A DNA stretch of 64,000 nt from Phallusia mammillata (taxonomy: Eukaryota), in contig OZ281500.1 in NCBI GenBank assembly GCA_965637545.1, positions 3,534,001 through 3,598,000 on the forward strand, in the 5' to 3' direction. Position numbers and translations under genes: made by a program. The notes below the pieces were generated by a model. The model saw only the letters and a list, made by a program, of their open reading frames with translations. It was not told the DNA's origin and made no database searches. Every line of letters begins with the position of its first letter. The first letter of the stretch is position 1. This document shows positions 25,676 to 38,323 of the stretch, one piece after another.

Positions 25676-28600
25676 ATGTCGGCAAAACTGATGGTGAAGC
25701 CGTCGACCGATTCTTCGTCTGTGTCAAGTTTTCCCACCACAACTGACAGGTAAAACAGGCACAAATAATGCCTATACTACATCTTAAAAGCGATATGTGT
25801 CAAACCACTATTCACAGAGCGAAATTTCGACGGTCAAATGGTTTGAAAATGCGCAAAATTCAAGTCATTTTTTCATGATTTACAGCAGTTGAGAAATAGA
25901 CAACTATATAACATACAATTCATATACAACATGCAACTATGAAGTAGGATTGAGAAAAATGTCAGACGAAAATGGACGCAAATCTCCCAAATAACATGGC
26001 TCTGACTTAATATAACCAATTTCCCAAAACGGAAATAAGATTTAGTCTTGGCTGAAAAGATCGGTGGAGGTTTCAAAAACGTTGCGCTAAACAAATCAAA
26101 AGTAGATTTGCATATGTACTGCCATTTTTACCCCTTCAAGGAATTGCATAAGCGAGTACTGAAATGTAAACCTATTTATTTTCCATACAGTACATTTTCG
26201 CAACTCAAGGGTGGTTTCCCAGAAACGGTGTATACTTCCAGCGCCTACAACAACGCATTGCTGGACGGCTTTAACGGTCTCAGGTCCGAAAACCTTCTAT
26301 GTGACGTCACGCTCATTGCGGGGAATACCCGCTATCCTGTACACCGATCTCTGCTTGCCGCATGCAGCCCTTATTTCCGCGAGATGTTCACGAAAGACAA
26401 TCAAAATGGTAAGAAGAAATTGTATGATTTGGGAATATTAGCCACTGGACACGCCGTTAAGAGTGCGCCTCTGGATTGAAATTGTGCAAATATGAAAAAA
26501 CATAATATAAGGAGAATATTATATGCCCAACCGGGCGACCATACAATCTTCCCTGAGAAAAATATATTGTGTGATCGTTTACATATGTTTTAGCAGTTAA
26601 AAAAGGTCGAACATAATGACTTCAATGTTTAACTTTTACAATGTCCAACAGTTATAAGGGACGCAAACTTTGTTACGTTGTGCAACAAGCCGCTCGTACA
26701 CCTATAGTGTTTTACTTAAGTACTAAAGGCAGGGAACAGAGAAAACAATTCTCCACAAAGCAAGCGATTCTCACTACAGCATACTTCCGCAATCCTAAAA
26801 ACTGACACTTCCTGAATCAACACTTTTTAACAGCTCAGATTGGTCGCAACGAAGGTGCTAAGTACACCTGGTTTTCGGAATCCATCGAACTTCGGGGTAT
26901 CAGCAGTGATGGACTGAAACACATCGTGGAGTTTATGTACACCGGAAAATTACCCATCAACATGCAATCGGTACAAAACATCCTAGCAGTGGCACGACAC
27001 ATGCAGGTGGGTTTCTCGAGGTCACACGAGGTTATTCAAGGTCACAAAGCGACATATCGAAAAATCCTTTGTTTTTAACGCTTTTTAAAACATACACAAA
27101 TTTAGCGTAATTCTGTTTTCGACTATAGGGGCCAGTTAATTTCTTATGTGAACAAACGTTTTTTTGTCTATCCAAGTAGGCATATATAGACAAAAGGTCA
27201 AGTAACGTTCGAAATAATTTGTTAATACGATGTATTGCAGATTAAACCAGTTCTCGACTTCTGTATGGAATTTCTAATATCAGCAGTCGATGTCAATACA
27301 TGTGTGGACATTATTCACATTGCTGAGGTGTTTAGCATGGCCCAACTTGAAGAAAAAGCTTACAAATACATGTTGGACAGGTAAACTAACACAAAAAAGT
27401 GCACAAAAACATTTTCAGCATCTAAAATTTTTAACAATACAAAACCAAGCCTAAAATTTTAAGTTTGATTACGTTACGATCCGAAAACCGAGCAATAAAA
27501 ATTGCCCTATGAACATTTTTTAAATGCCAGAAATGCTTTGAATTCTGGAACTCTTGCATAATAGTAAACAATGAATTTCGCAGGTTTCCAGATTTCATAA
27601 AATCCAACCAACTACAGAAGCTTACGTTCGAAAACATGAGCTTTCTTTTGGACAGTAACGACCTCAAAGTCATGTCTGAACTCGATGTGTTCGCTGCTAC
27701 CCTCAAGTGGATTATGTACGACCACTCCAGGTACCACTAGACAACATCAAATGCTAACACTTCTTCAATACTGTCAATTTATTGTCATGTGACCAAACTG
27801 TGTGTGCCGTTTGACCCAAACCATGTCATAACAAAAATACCCGAGATTCGTATTGGCACTCGCAAACAAAATCCAATGCCATTAAGACAAAATAGGTACT
27901 TGGACGAGCAGTCTGTGCTTGCCCCAAGTTTCAGACATTAAACTTTAACAGGAATTTCTACCTAGAGTAGCCTTAATCTCAGTAAAAAAATGTAAAAATG
28001 GTTTTGTTTTCTGTAGGCAAGCTTTTATTCGCAAACTTATGGAGAAGATTCGATTTCCACTGATGCCGCCACGTGATCTTATGGTACATGTAAATGTGGT
28101 GGACTTTATGAGAACGAAATGCAACGATTTGCTTTTGGAGGTATGTAAAGCATTCATAATTCACAAACGGTGCTAGTCCGTTAAAAACATATGTTTCAAA
28201 AGCTTGAGTGCGGACCTAAATTACGCTAAGAATTTCATGAGTCACTACCACCTTGAGACGTAATGTTTTAACTCTACTGTTTTCACTACTTTACATCTTG
28301 TGATCTACGCTAGTCAAAGCTGATAAGCATTGTTCCACGGTTGTTTGTTAACCTTGTGCAAACAAAATGTTTTGTACAAGGGTATAACAAACAACATGCA
28401 CGTTTTGTTAACGTATGAACACACAAAAACACCAACTGAACTCAAGCCAACCTCGAGAAACTGACTGAAAACCTAGTGTCGATGGACTTTTTAGACAACA
28501 TAAGTCATATGAGCTATCATCGTATTTCGCAGGCAAGCAGTTACCACATGCTTCCACACTCTCAACCTATCGTTCCATCAGCGAGAACAAGAATTCGATC

Positions 28601-31307
28601 CAGCGACACAAGATTGGTTGTATTGGGCGGGGCAGATAATACTGATGAAGTCTCAAATCAACTTAAAGGTACTTTTCCTTTGATTCAAAGTCATGAGTTG
28701 ACATCAAAGTATAGAAACATATCTTGTATCCATTGCAAGAAGACCAAACACGCTTGTTTTAAAAATTTAAAATTATTGATAAAGATCGATGTATGTCGCG
28801 TTCTGTGACTTGTAAAGTAGTAACTTTTTTAGGTTTCACGGTAGGACATAATAGAAATCTAGCATTGTAAAGACTTTTTGTAGTTGTGACTATTTGTATT
28901 TTTGTATGTGATGCAACACGCGTAATGAACCCAGTGCCTAATTTATACTGTATTAACCCCTTTTAAAATTCTCAAACCATATAAAAAATATCAATAAAAT
29001 GCTTCATTTTTTCATTACCTTGTATCTTTTTAGTGTTCAATCGCGAACTTACTGCTTACACTTTGCTACCGAGCATGGATACCGGCGTGCATTCCCATTG
29101 TGTCGCGGTCCTTAATAACTTTTTATACGTCCTGGGAGGCCAAAATCACTTTGAGGAACGTGGCAAGACCTCTGTCTCAACAGTCACCAGGTAAACATCT
29201 TTAAGAAACAAAATGAACTCTTATTATTACTGCCTTATGCAGCAACATTCTTGCAAGTGTGCATTATCGGATTTTCCCCTTAAACCCTTTCGAAAATATT
29301 GATACATAATATTGAAACCAGGTTTTCTGATTATACCTTAAAACCACAAAAAGCCGTCAATTCAAACCTGGATATACTTGAATTCTTCTGCCACATTGGA
29401 ATATCGTATGGCCTTTTGTGCCAAAGCTATGTTAATATGATTTAAAATTGGACTATAAAACGTATCCTTTTAGATACGATCCCCGTTTCAACACATGGAT
29501 GAAGATAGCAAGCATGAACGAGCACAGAGCTGGTTTCCACGTTAGTGCCATTCCGGCTTACAACAGACTCTACGCTGTTGGGGGAGTTAACTCTGTTGGC
29601 CGCCTGTCCTCTGTAGAGTGCTACTGCGTTGAAGAGGATCGCTGGAAGTACGTGGCCTCAACCCAGGTAAAAAAAGAGTCGCGTATAGCGGACAATTCGA
29701 CATGTGCAACATTTTGATCAGGGAGTCGAACCGCTTGTCATATGGGTTCAGGTTCGGTTCGGCTTTACTGTTTTGGAGGGTTCGGGTTTCAAAAAATGTA
29801 TATTTTTTGTTCCGGTTTAAGCGAATTATCCGGTCCAAACCGGTTTGCGTTTTTCAAACCGGTTCAAAATTCCATTCGTTCGATTTTAAGAATTAAAATT
29901 TTTAATTCTACCTGGCCTTATCAAACTCCAAAATAATTTTGACCGTGTAATTGTTATTTTTGATACGCCATATCACTGTTAATCGCAAAATCTAATACAG
30001 GCTGCATTTTTACTGGTTCAGTTCCGGTCCGGGTTTTTAGGAAATCGTATTTAGCGGTTCGGGTTCCGTTCGGGTTTAATGAAATAAACCGCTCAAACCG
30101 GTTTGCGGGTTCGGGTTCAGTTCCGGTTCGACTCCCTGATTTTGATTGTGAATGCATCTACTTTAGATGTCAAGAAAGTGTATTTTAACGGAAAATATTT
30201 TCACAGAATGCATTGTGTGATCACAACGGTTCAGTGCATCGCGACAAACTTTACGTGAGCGGTGGATTCAGTGACGGTCATTTCAGTGACGCAATGTTGT
30301 GTTACAACCCAAAGCATGATATCTGGGAGCGCAGATCACCAATGCAGTCGCCAAGAGGCTGGCATAGTCAATGTACGCTCAAAGAGAAGTAAGTTCAATG
30401 TTATTGGTTTTAGGAAATGGTGCTTGTAGTAAAAAAATGTGCAAAATGGTTATTCCATAGATATGACGTTATCTATGGAATTTTTCCCTTTCACTTTTTC
30501 TGTGTACCGATTTAAAATTGATTATTCATAGATAACATGGACCAATTTGACTTTTTAGGATTTACGTCATCGGCGGCAACACAGGAATCAACAAACGTAT
30601 TGATGTATTGGAAACAGAAGTTTACAGTCCAGATTTCGATCAGTGGACAAACGTCACCCCGATTTCAATGGGACAAAGCGAGGCTGGAGCTTGCGTGGTA
30701 AGACGAAAATTTTTTTTTAAAACACCATATTTTATTATACAAGTTAGACATAGAAAACAGGGGCATTGGCCGTGGGTAGCCTGCAAAACTTTAGCTTGCA
30801 ATATTATGTTTAAATTTTGCAACCCAAAATCTGTTTTTTAAATTTGGCCAATCAAATTCGCGTTAAATCTCTCTAGTTTGTAAAAATGTATGGGTTTTTT
30901 TCCTACACCAGCTGCAGACAACTCGTGTTTTATGTAGACTTGGCCTAAATAGATGCGTAACGTAACAAATGCCGACTCTTTAACTATACTTCTTAAGCTA
31001 GCGTGTGTTACAATAACAATGTCATGTTATGCTATGCTATTACCAAATATATTTTAACGTTCATCATATTATAAATTTTCAAGTAATATGTTACTGACCC
31101 ATACAAATGTCGTGTTTTTACTTGCCTCAGCTCGACAACAAGGTGTTCATCGTCGGTGGTTACTGCTGGTCTGCAAGAAGATGTATCAAAGTGATTCAAA
31201 CCTACGAGCCAGAAAAGGACGAATGGGAAAGAGTAGGAAACTTGCCTAGAGGTCTGGCGGGTCTTAGACTTTGCACGCTAACCTTGCCGCACCACCTTGT
31301 TCGATAA
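25676..31307 (+). CDS. Kelch-like protein (BTB-BACK-Kelch, KLHL9/13/26-like), 12 exons, 619 aa
   Basis: Exons 25676-25749, 26191-26408, 26834-27006, 27241-27380, 27584-27730, 28017-28140, 28533-28668, 29034-29190, 29474-29666, 30207-30388, 30559-30697, 31131-31307; total 1860 nt. BTB: LCDVTLIAG...HRSLLAACSPYF. BACK: IRFPLM. Kelch: RTRIRS, LYVLGG, YDPRFNTW, GG-Y-W repeats. Confidence 0.93.
29719..30138. mobile_element. hAT (Ac-type) MITE, 420 bp, in a KLHL intron
   Basis: Perfect 15-bp TIRs cagggagtcgaaccg / cggttcgactccctg. Perfect 8-bp TSD attttgat (29711-29718, 30139-30146). Many aaccg/cggtt subterminal repeats. Confidence 0.93.
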
Positions 31308-32118
31308 TAGTTTTCGTAAAACAAAAGCCTCGTTGATAAGATTGGTCAAACTGAAAACAAATGTCAAAACATCATTTTGCAATTCAAGTTTAAACTTATG
31401 TGTGCCTTTATTTTCTAATAAAGATGTAGTGTTTAAAAATTTAAGAAAAATGGTGCTAAAAGTCATGAAAACAAAGGTGACGTACACGTTTGCCCATTGA
31501 CTTTCTTTGCACACAGTCATAAAAACACGACTTCTACAAAAAGATAAAAAATGATTTTGGTTTTGTTGATGTGCGTTATTTTATTGCAAACAGTTTTTGT
31601 TTTTTCGCCACTACTGTAAATAAATGAGCTTTCAAGCCACTTCGTGTTTCAGTGTAGAATAGAACCATAGCTAATCTTAATCAGATGAAACAAAATAAGT
31701 TTAGAAAGTAAGATGATATTGACAAATCAATACCAGCACCATATTACAGTTTGCCTATGTTTTAATTGTACAAAAACATAACGTACTTGGTTTTGACAAC
31801 ACTCCTGGTGTTTCTTGGGTGAACTTGGAAAAGAATTTGCCAGAAAAAGTCTAATAAATAAACCAAAAACACCAAGGCAAGAAAACAGCACAACAATCAA
31901 AAAAGCGCAACCGGTTACGCTTGACTGGCTTTTGATCAAAAAAAACTTTTTATGTGAAGAAGACAGAAAAAAAACTAGGTCTTAGTTTTCATTTGAAAGT
32001 GAAGAAGTAAAAAAATCACAGGGTGTTACAAAATATGGGAGGTTTTCTTGACAGAGTTGCATCGTATATCGACCGAAGTCTTAAACACTCGCTCTCTTGC
32101 GCCGCATGTGGCCTGAGT

Positions 32119-32131
32119 GATACCTGGCAAC
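32119..32131. promoter_or_regulatory. RFX X-box-like motif in the 5' region of EFHC1
   Basis: gatacctggcaac has a perfect RGYAAC half-site and 1 mismatch in the other half. It lies just before a probable non-coding exon donor at 32159 (gtgagt). EFHC1 is an axonemal gene, a class typically regulated by RFX. Confidence 0.45.
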
Positions 32132-32451
32132 TGTAACCAAGACAGCGAACTTGGAAAAGTGAGTAAGCAATGAAAGAAGAAAGTTGATGTTTTAAGGCAG
32201 CCTATGACTCTACTTCTAAACGTGCAGCAAAATAAAATAAACAGAAAAACATCTAATTTTATTGTTTTGTACTTGAATGTGTGGACATAGACAGGGCTTA
32301 ATTCAGAACTTTAATTTAAGACCCATACTTATTTTAATTGAAAACTTACTCATTTTAACAGTACTGCAAACAACATTATTTCCACTTATACTTTGAAAAA
32401 GATAAACAGATTTTGTAGAATCATATTTGCTGCTGTGTTTCTGCAAGAAAG

Positions 32452-35400
32452 ATGGCTACTACCAGGGCAGAAGGTTTACCTTTTCTTCCTGGAAACACAT
32501 TTGAAGATCCAACAGTGAGTCATTTTAAATAAATCAAATAGATACAAAACTCTAAAAACACACCAAGGAAGAATTGGGGACAGATTTTGTCCGATGACTT
32601 TCCAAGAAAATATCCAAGTCCTACTTGTGATAAAAAAGCAGTAAAAATTTCCTGCCCTACTGTACAAGTGTTTTTCATTTTATATTTGCTATAAACAAAC
32701 CAGCCCTTCTATCCTACATTTTTTAGAAAACAACAACAACATAAAACTGCTGCCATAACATGTAAAATAAACATTACTTGAAACCTAAAACAAACCAATA
32801 CATAATTAGTTGAAGGGTGCAGCTGTTGCATCTTTTAACATTGTGTTTCACATTACTATATATATGTATATTTTCTTACATTGCCAAATTTTCAACCACA
32901 AGGTTTTACAGCTGTTTCCTGATCCTGTGGCACTAGTGTAGTGTTTTTGTACTATTTTGTTCCATTTTTTTCCAGTATCGAAATTTATACAATACAAAAC
33001 ATGCAGTTATTTTTTATAGAAAACCCGCTATCATGTGACCAACACCCTCAAGTTCAAGAATGGTTATGCTCAACAGCACTCCCCAGTGGTGGGATTGGGT
33101 GGTGAGCGACTGACAGCGAACCAGCTTTCTGAGGCTGAACTGGATGAGTTGGCAAATAAAATGCCAACCTTAACGTATGGTCAAGCCAAACAGGCTCCAC
33201 CTGAAACTTTTGTTCCTGCCCATTTGGCTTTCGATAAAAAGGTTTGATTTTTAGTCATTAAGTTTTGTATCACCCAATCGCATTCTCTGTGATATGTACA
33301 ACTATATATGGGCTAAAGCTTTGAATAAAGATACAAAGTTTGTGGGTAAATTGTCAGATGATTGTACTAAATTTCAAAAACTGCTCCAAATCATTTACAA
33401 TTTCAGAATAAGTAGTTGTGCAGAATTGTCATTAGTTTTGTAATGATAACCTATCTATTTTAGAATACTATACACAGACCTGTTCACAGGTTTAATGATG
33501 AAAATAACGGCCCAAATACATGTAAAGTTACATGCTTTGTTGTTCAACTGTTTCAGCAAATGCTCATGCCATCATCAGTGATATGAAGGGCCACATCAGT
33601 TACACCTGTTTATAACCACTTGAGTCATATAAAAAGATTGTTCTGTCTATTTTAGGTTCTGAAATTCATTGGCTACTTTAAAGAAACTGTCCATGAGTCA
33701 CCCCAAGAGTATTATCGAGTTCGGCCAGTAGAAATCTTCTACTATTTAGAAGATGACAGCATTTCTGTGGTTGAACCAAATGTGGAAAACTCTGGCATGC
33801 CCCAGGTAAAAGAAACAATATGCAATTCTAACAGCTGTAAAAATAGTCTCTACAAGATACTGTGACAGTATTTAATTTATAGCAATATAACAATAAGTCA
33901 ATCTCCTATGTAAAATTATGAACATCTCTAGTTTCATTGTAATTAAACACTTGTTGTCATGAAAATTACACCAATTATCTTTGTACGAATTGTTGGCACT
34001 GTGCAATAGGAGACATGTTTATCAATTGTTCAGTTCATCCGATTTTTTTTGGTGCCAAGTCAAATTTACTTGTTCGCATAACAAAAACATAACAAACTTT
34101 GTTCTACGGTGCCAGTTTGGGCTGCAATACTGGTTTGGATTGTACTATTTGTTTAAATATGTCCATGTTTTCAGGGCAAACTTATCAAAAGACAAAGGTT
34201 GCCAAAGGATGACCAAGGAAATCACTGGCACTGGAAGGACTTAAACCTTGGAATGAATGTGGTTTTCTATGGAAAGTCATTTAGAATCACGAACTGTGAC
34301 AAGTTTACTTTGGTGAGTTCTAAATTAAAATTGTTTCAAAAATATGTTTAAAAGTTACACTCCAAATACAATACTATACACTGATCGTTTTGAGTATATA
34401 TATTTTGGCGGTCACCACCCTATTACACAGGCTGATTCATGTAGTCTGTTATGATATTACACCTACTGTACACATACAATATATGTTTGGGTATTAAATC
34501 TAACCAATAAAAAGCAAGAACCCAACAGTTAGAGAAAAACTAGTGTCAATTGGATATATTGCTAAAACCAAATTTTAAATCTATATAATGTCCAAAGCTT
34601 AAATTTCTTTATATAGAACTTTATGGAAAGTGAAGGTCTAATATTGAATGATCCTGAATCAGTTCCAAGGGACCCCTACACTGAGGGACGAAAACAACCA
34701 CTTCGCTCCTACACCACACGCTCGGACTTCGACAAGCTCAAGAAATTCCTCAAGTTGGACAGAAAGGTACTTTTTTTCTTTTAAAAAGTGATGGAATATT
34801 ATGACTCACTTAATACTCATGCAAACAGAAACAAAATGCTTGTTTAGGTTATCTTTCAAAGCACTTGCACTATTACCAACATCAGAACGATTGAATTGTA
34901 TTCCAGTTTTTTAATCTCCCCCCCAAAGCAATACCTTTCAAAGTTTGAATTATTTGAATGGGGTGATAATATTTTTCATATATTCGGCTGTATTGTGATT
35001 GTTAAGCAAATTTTATCAGCATAAACACCTCTGAAATGAACTTCTATATTTAAATTAGGTTTTGCGTTTTTACTGTGTGTGGGATGACCGTGATTCGATG
35101 TTCGGCGAGATGCGCCCTTATGTGCTTCACTACTTCTTGGTGGATGACTCCATTGAAATACGCGAAGTGCACAAACCCAACGACGGTCACGACCCCTTCC
35201 CAGTACTACTCCGCAGACAGAGGTTGCCCAAAGATAGAAACAACGTCGATTGTGAGTTGTTTGCCTTAAGTAAACGGTGATTAAACTGTATTCTGATAAT
35301 AGCCTCTTTGACACTCAAAAACTCTCTCAGAAATAAAATATTTTGGGAGCAATATACCTCACTGACGTCTTCTGTACGTTGCAACTTACAACTGCAGAAT

Positions 35401-38323
35401 CCATAATTCGAATCCCTAAAACCTCACAACAACACAAATTTTATTCTAAGCCAAAGCCAAACCCATCATATTGCTGCGTATAGTTACATCAATGACAGTT
35501 GCGTAATACAAATTGTTTTTACTTACCATTGCGGTCTAGCCTCGTTCCCCATGATCGTGATGGAGCTCACAGATCACGAGGTGAAGCAGTGGTTCACGCC
35601 ACAGGATTTCGCCATCGGAAAGACGCTTTTCATCTATGGAAGAAGGGTCCTTATTTATGACTGTGACGAGTTCACTAAAAAGTAAGTAAAATTACTCAGT
35701 TGCGTTTAATTATGTACTGGGGCAAAGACTATAGTAAAAGCAAGAGTCACTGCAGGTGTAAGTGTTCTATTTAAACTTTTAAGCAAATGTAATGAATGTT
35801 TTTTAAATAGGTAAATCTATCATGAAAGGCTTGACTGTCGCTTACGCCACAGCGATATTTAGAAGAATATTTAGAAATATATACATAGGCCTTATTATTT
35901 ATTTTTTTTCACGGGGTTCGAACCCAGGACTCTCCCGGGGACGAATCCCGATCAGGGTTTTTATGTCTGTATATGGGTCAGGCGCGCCGGACCATTCGGC
36001 CAAGTTCCTGCCCATAGGCCTTATCAAGCCAAGTTTTCTCAGCCAGTGCCCTAGCGACCCCCTCTGGGCGGTTTGTACGGTTAAGTGGACAGCGGCCAAG
36101 TTCCTGCCCATAGGCCTTATTAAGCCAAGTTTTCTCAGCCAGTGCCCTAGCGACCCCCTCTGGGCGGTTTGTACGGTTAAGTGGACAGGAGCACCTTGGC
36201 CATGTAGTAAATCGGAACATGTTTGTTAGAGAAAAGCTTTTTTGCAAAAAAAAAACATAAATTAAAGAAGGTATTAGAAAGCATAAATCTAAGTTGAGAA
36301 TATCGTGGTTCGAAAATAGCGAAAACTGAGAGTACAAAACAACTCATTGTCCGACGTTTCCACAGCTATTACAGAATGATGCACAATGTCTTGGACTTCA
36401 CACCTATTCCAGTTACCGGTCCGGCCTGCGATTTGCCAAAGATGGTGAGTAAATCGGAATTCACATAGTAACACTAATAAAATTCAACTAAGAGTGTTAG
36501 ATTTTTTAGTCTGTGCCTTGCCATATGGGAATGCTTGGGAGACCGGCTCGGTATCACGCCGTTAATGGGCCTAGCGTACTATGATAATAAAAATTCAGTG
36601 TTTTTCTTTTAAGGAATTGCCGCCCTACAACGGCTTCGGGTCCTTGGAAGATTCGGTTCAGAACTGTCTATGTCTCGTTCCTCAACCACCGAAAAAGGAT
36701 TTCATCAAAATGCTCGAAAACGACCACAAAGTGTTGAGATACGAAGCCGCAATGGTAAATACAAATAACATAAAAACTGAGTATCACAAAAACTTGAGAC
36801 AGTCCGTGCAAGATCACCCGGTATTTAGTATCGTTACTTTTATTGTTCAGCGGTGAAAAACTGTGAGGCGGATGTTTTGTCACTTAAATACTCGGACCTA
36901 TTCCCAAAATTGTAAAAATACTTCAGTTTAGTTTAAAATATGAGATGCTGGGAATCCAAGGTACATAGTTATATAGGCTTGTACTGCAATTATTAAAGCC
37001 CTACAAAATATTAACATAGGATGCTCCATGCTTTCTTAGCCCATAGTACCGGAACAAGGCGGTTAGAAACCCCACCGCTTAAGGAGTAACATACCATGTC
37101 CCAAAACAGAGCGTCTGGCCAAAAAATGCAATAAATAGTGGAATGGGATACACTTTTCCCACCAATTCCATGGCTAAAATGCAATAAACCTAAAGCGTTT
37201 GGCACATGATGCACTTTTATCATTATCTCCTACCTTGCTATCCAGGACTCCGTTCGACCGGAGGACCGTAACCGTCGCTTCATCATTTCCTACCGCCTCT
37301 CAGATGACATGGTGAGCATCTTTGAGCCTCCGCAAAGAAACTCGGGTATCATTGGAGGAAAATTCTTGGAGGCTACTCGCATCTCGAAACCGGGTTCAGA
37401 TGTTGAGAACCCGGAGTTTTATGGACCGGGAGACTTTGCCGTCGGGGCGACAATCCAGGGTAGGCCCAAAAATATAAGAGTAATGTTGGGACATAAAAAG
37501 TATACACGGATGTGTTAATAAGTCTTATGTGGTGTATATGGTCCCCAATAGGCGTTTTGAAGCGACGTGCTTTATTTTCCTAAACATTTTGGCACGTGCT
37601 TCTGCAATCATCAGTGATATAATAGAGCTTTTCCAGAAATCGTATGTTTCTCTAGCTAGGAGACTTGGTATGAAAATGAAGACACCAGTAGCATATAATA
37701 AGCTCACGTTTTCAGTTCAACAAAGTTTCAGTTCGTTTGAAAAAAGGCGTTTTCAGGGTCGTTGGTATAACCTGGTTTTGAGATTATAAAATTTCGTGGC
37801 AGATTGTATGTATGGTCGGGTTCGGGCTTGGTCGGGTTCTGACTTCAGCTTCGACATAAATTTGCGGCATTTGGGATTTGATTTTGTTTACATCGGGTTC
37901 GGGCTGGATTTGGGCTGGATTTGGGCCAAATTTCAGGCAGGGGTGCAAATTTGTTTGGCGGAGTCAGTGTCCTTTATATTTAGTGATGTTACTAAACCAG
38001 CAACATAACAACATAAAATGTGATTCAAGAGTTAGTATGACGTTGCAAGCCCTCTCATGACGTAAGGGTATACTTGTTGTTTCCACGAACATATTACGCC
38101 ATATGCCAAGACGTCCAGTTACAAAATTTCTACGTTTTAGCTGACTGGCCGGTGTAAGCAATGGATATAGCGTTTGTCCTTTTTGCTTTCAGTTTTCAAG
38201 CATCGGTTCGTAATTACCAACTGTGACGAATATGTGCTGAACTACTTGGAGAAATGTGCTGACCAGTACCCAGGGGCAACAATCAACAGTATCAGGGCGA
38301 TACACAGGAAAGCAGATGCATAA
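32452..38323 (+). CDS. EFHC1: EF-hand domain-containing protein 1 / Rib72 homologue (3 DM10 domains), 11 coding exons, 540 aa
   Basis: Exons 32452-32514, 33020-33241, 33656-33805, 34175-34312, 34617-34766, 35059-35251, 35540-35681, 36366-36444, 36614-36754, 37246-37459, 38193-38323; total 1623 nt. Motifs [60 protein letters not shown] match EFHC1. Confidence 0.95.
35898..36012 (-). mobile_element. tRNA-derived SINE (longest copy) in an EFHC1 intron
   Basis: Minus strand GGCAGGAACT-TGGCCGAATGG...GGGTTCGAACCCCGTG-poly(A). TSD cataggccttatta (35884-35897) vs cataggccttatca (36013-36026). Confidence 0.87.
35997..36188. repeat. 96-bp direct tandem duplication
   Basis: Units 35997-36092 and 36093-36188 differ by one substitution (atcaag/attaag). 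Confidence 0.95.

Noticed and set aside
35898-36012. Functional tRNA gene, possibly intron-containing
   Set aside because: No acceptor stem; poly(A) tail and TSD indicate a SINE.
35822-36337. ORFs with 32-aa internal repeats
   Set aside because: Artefact of the 96-bp duplication plus the SINE in an intron.
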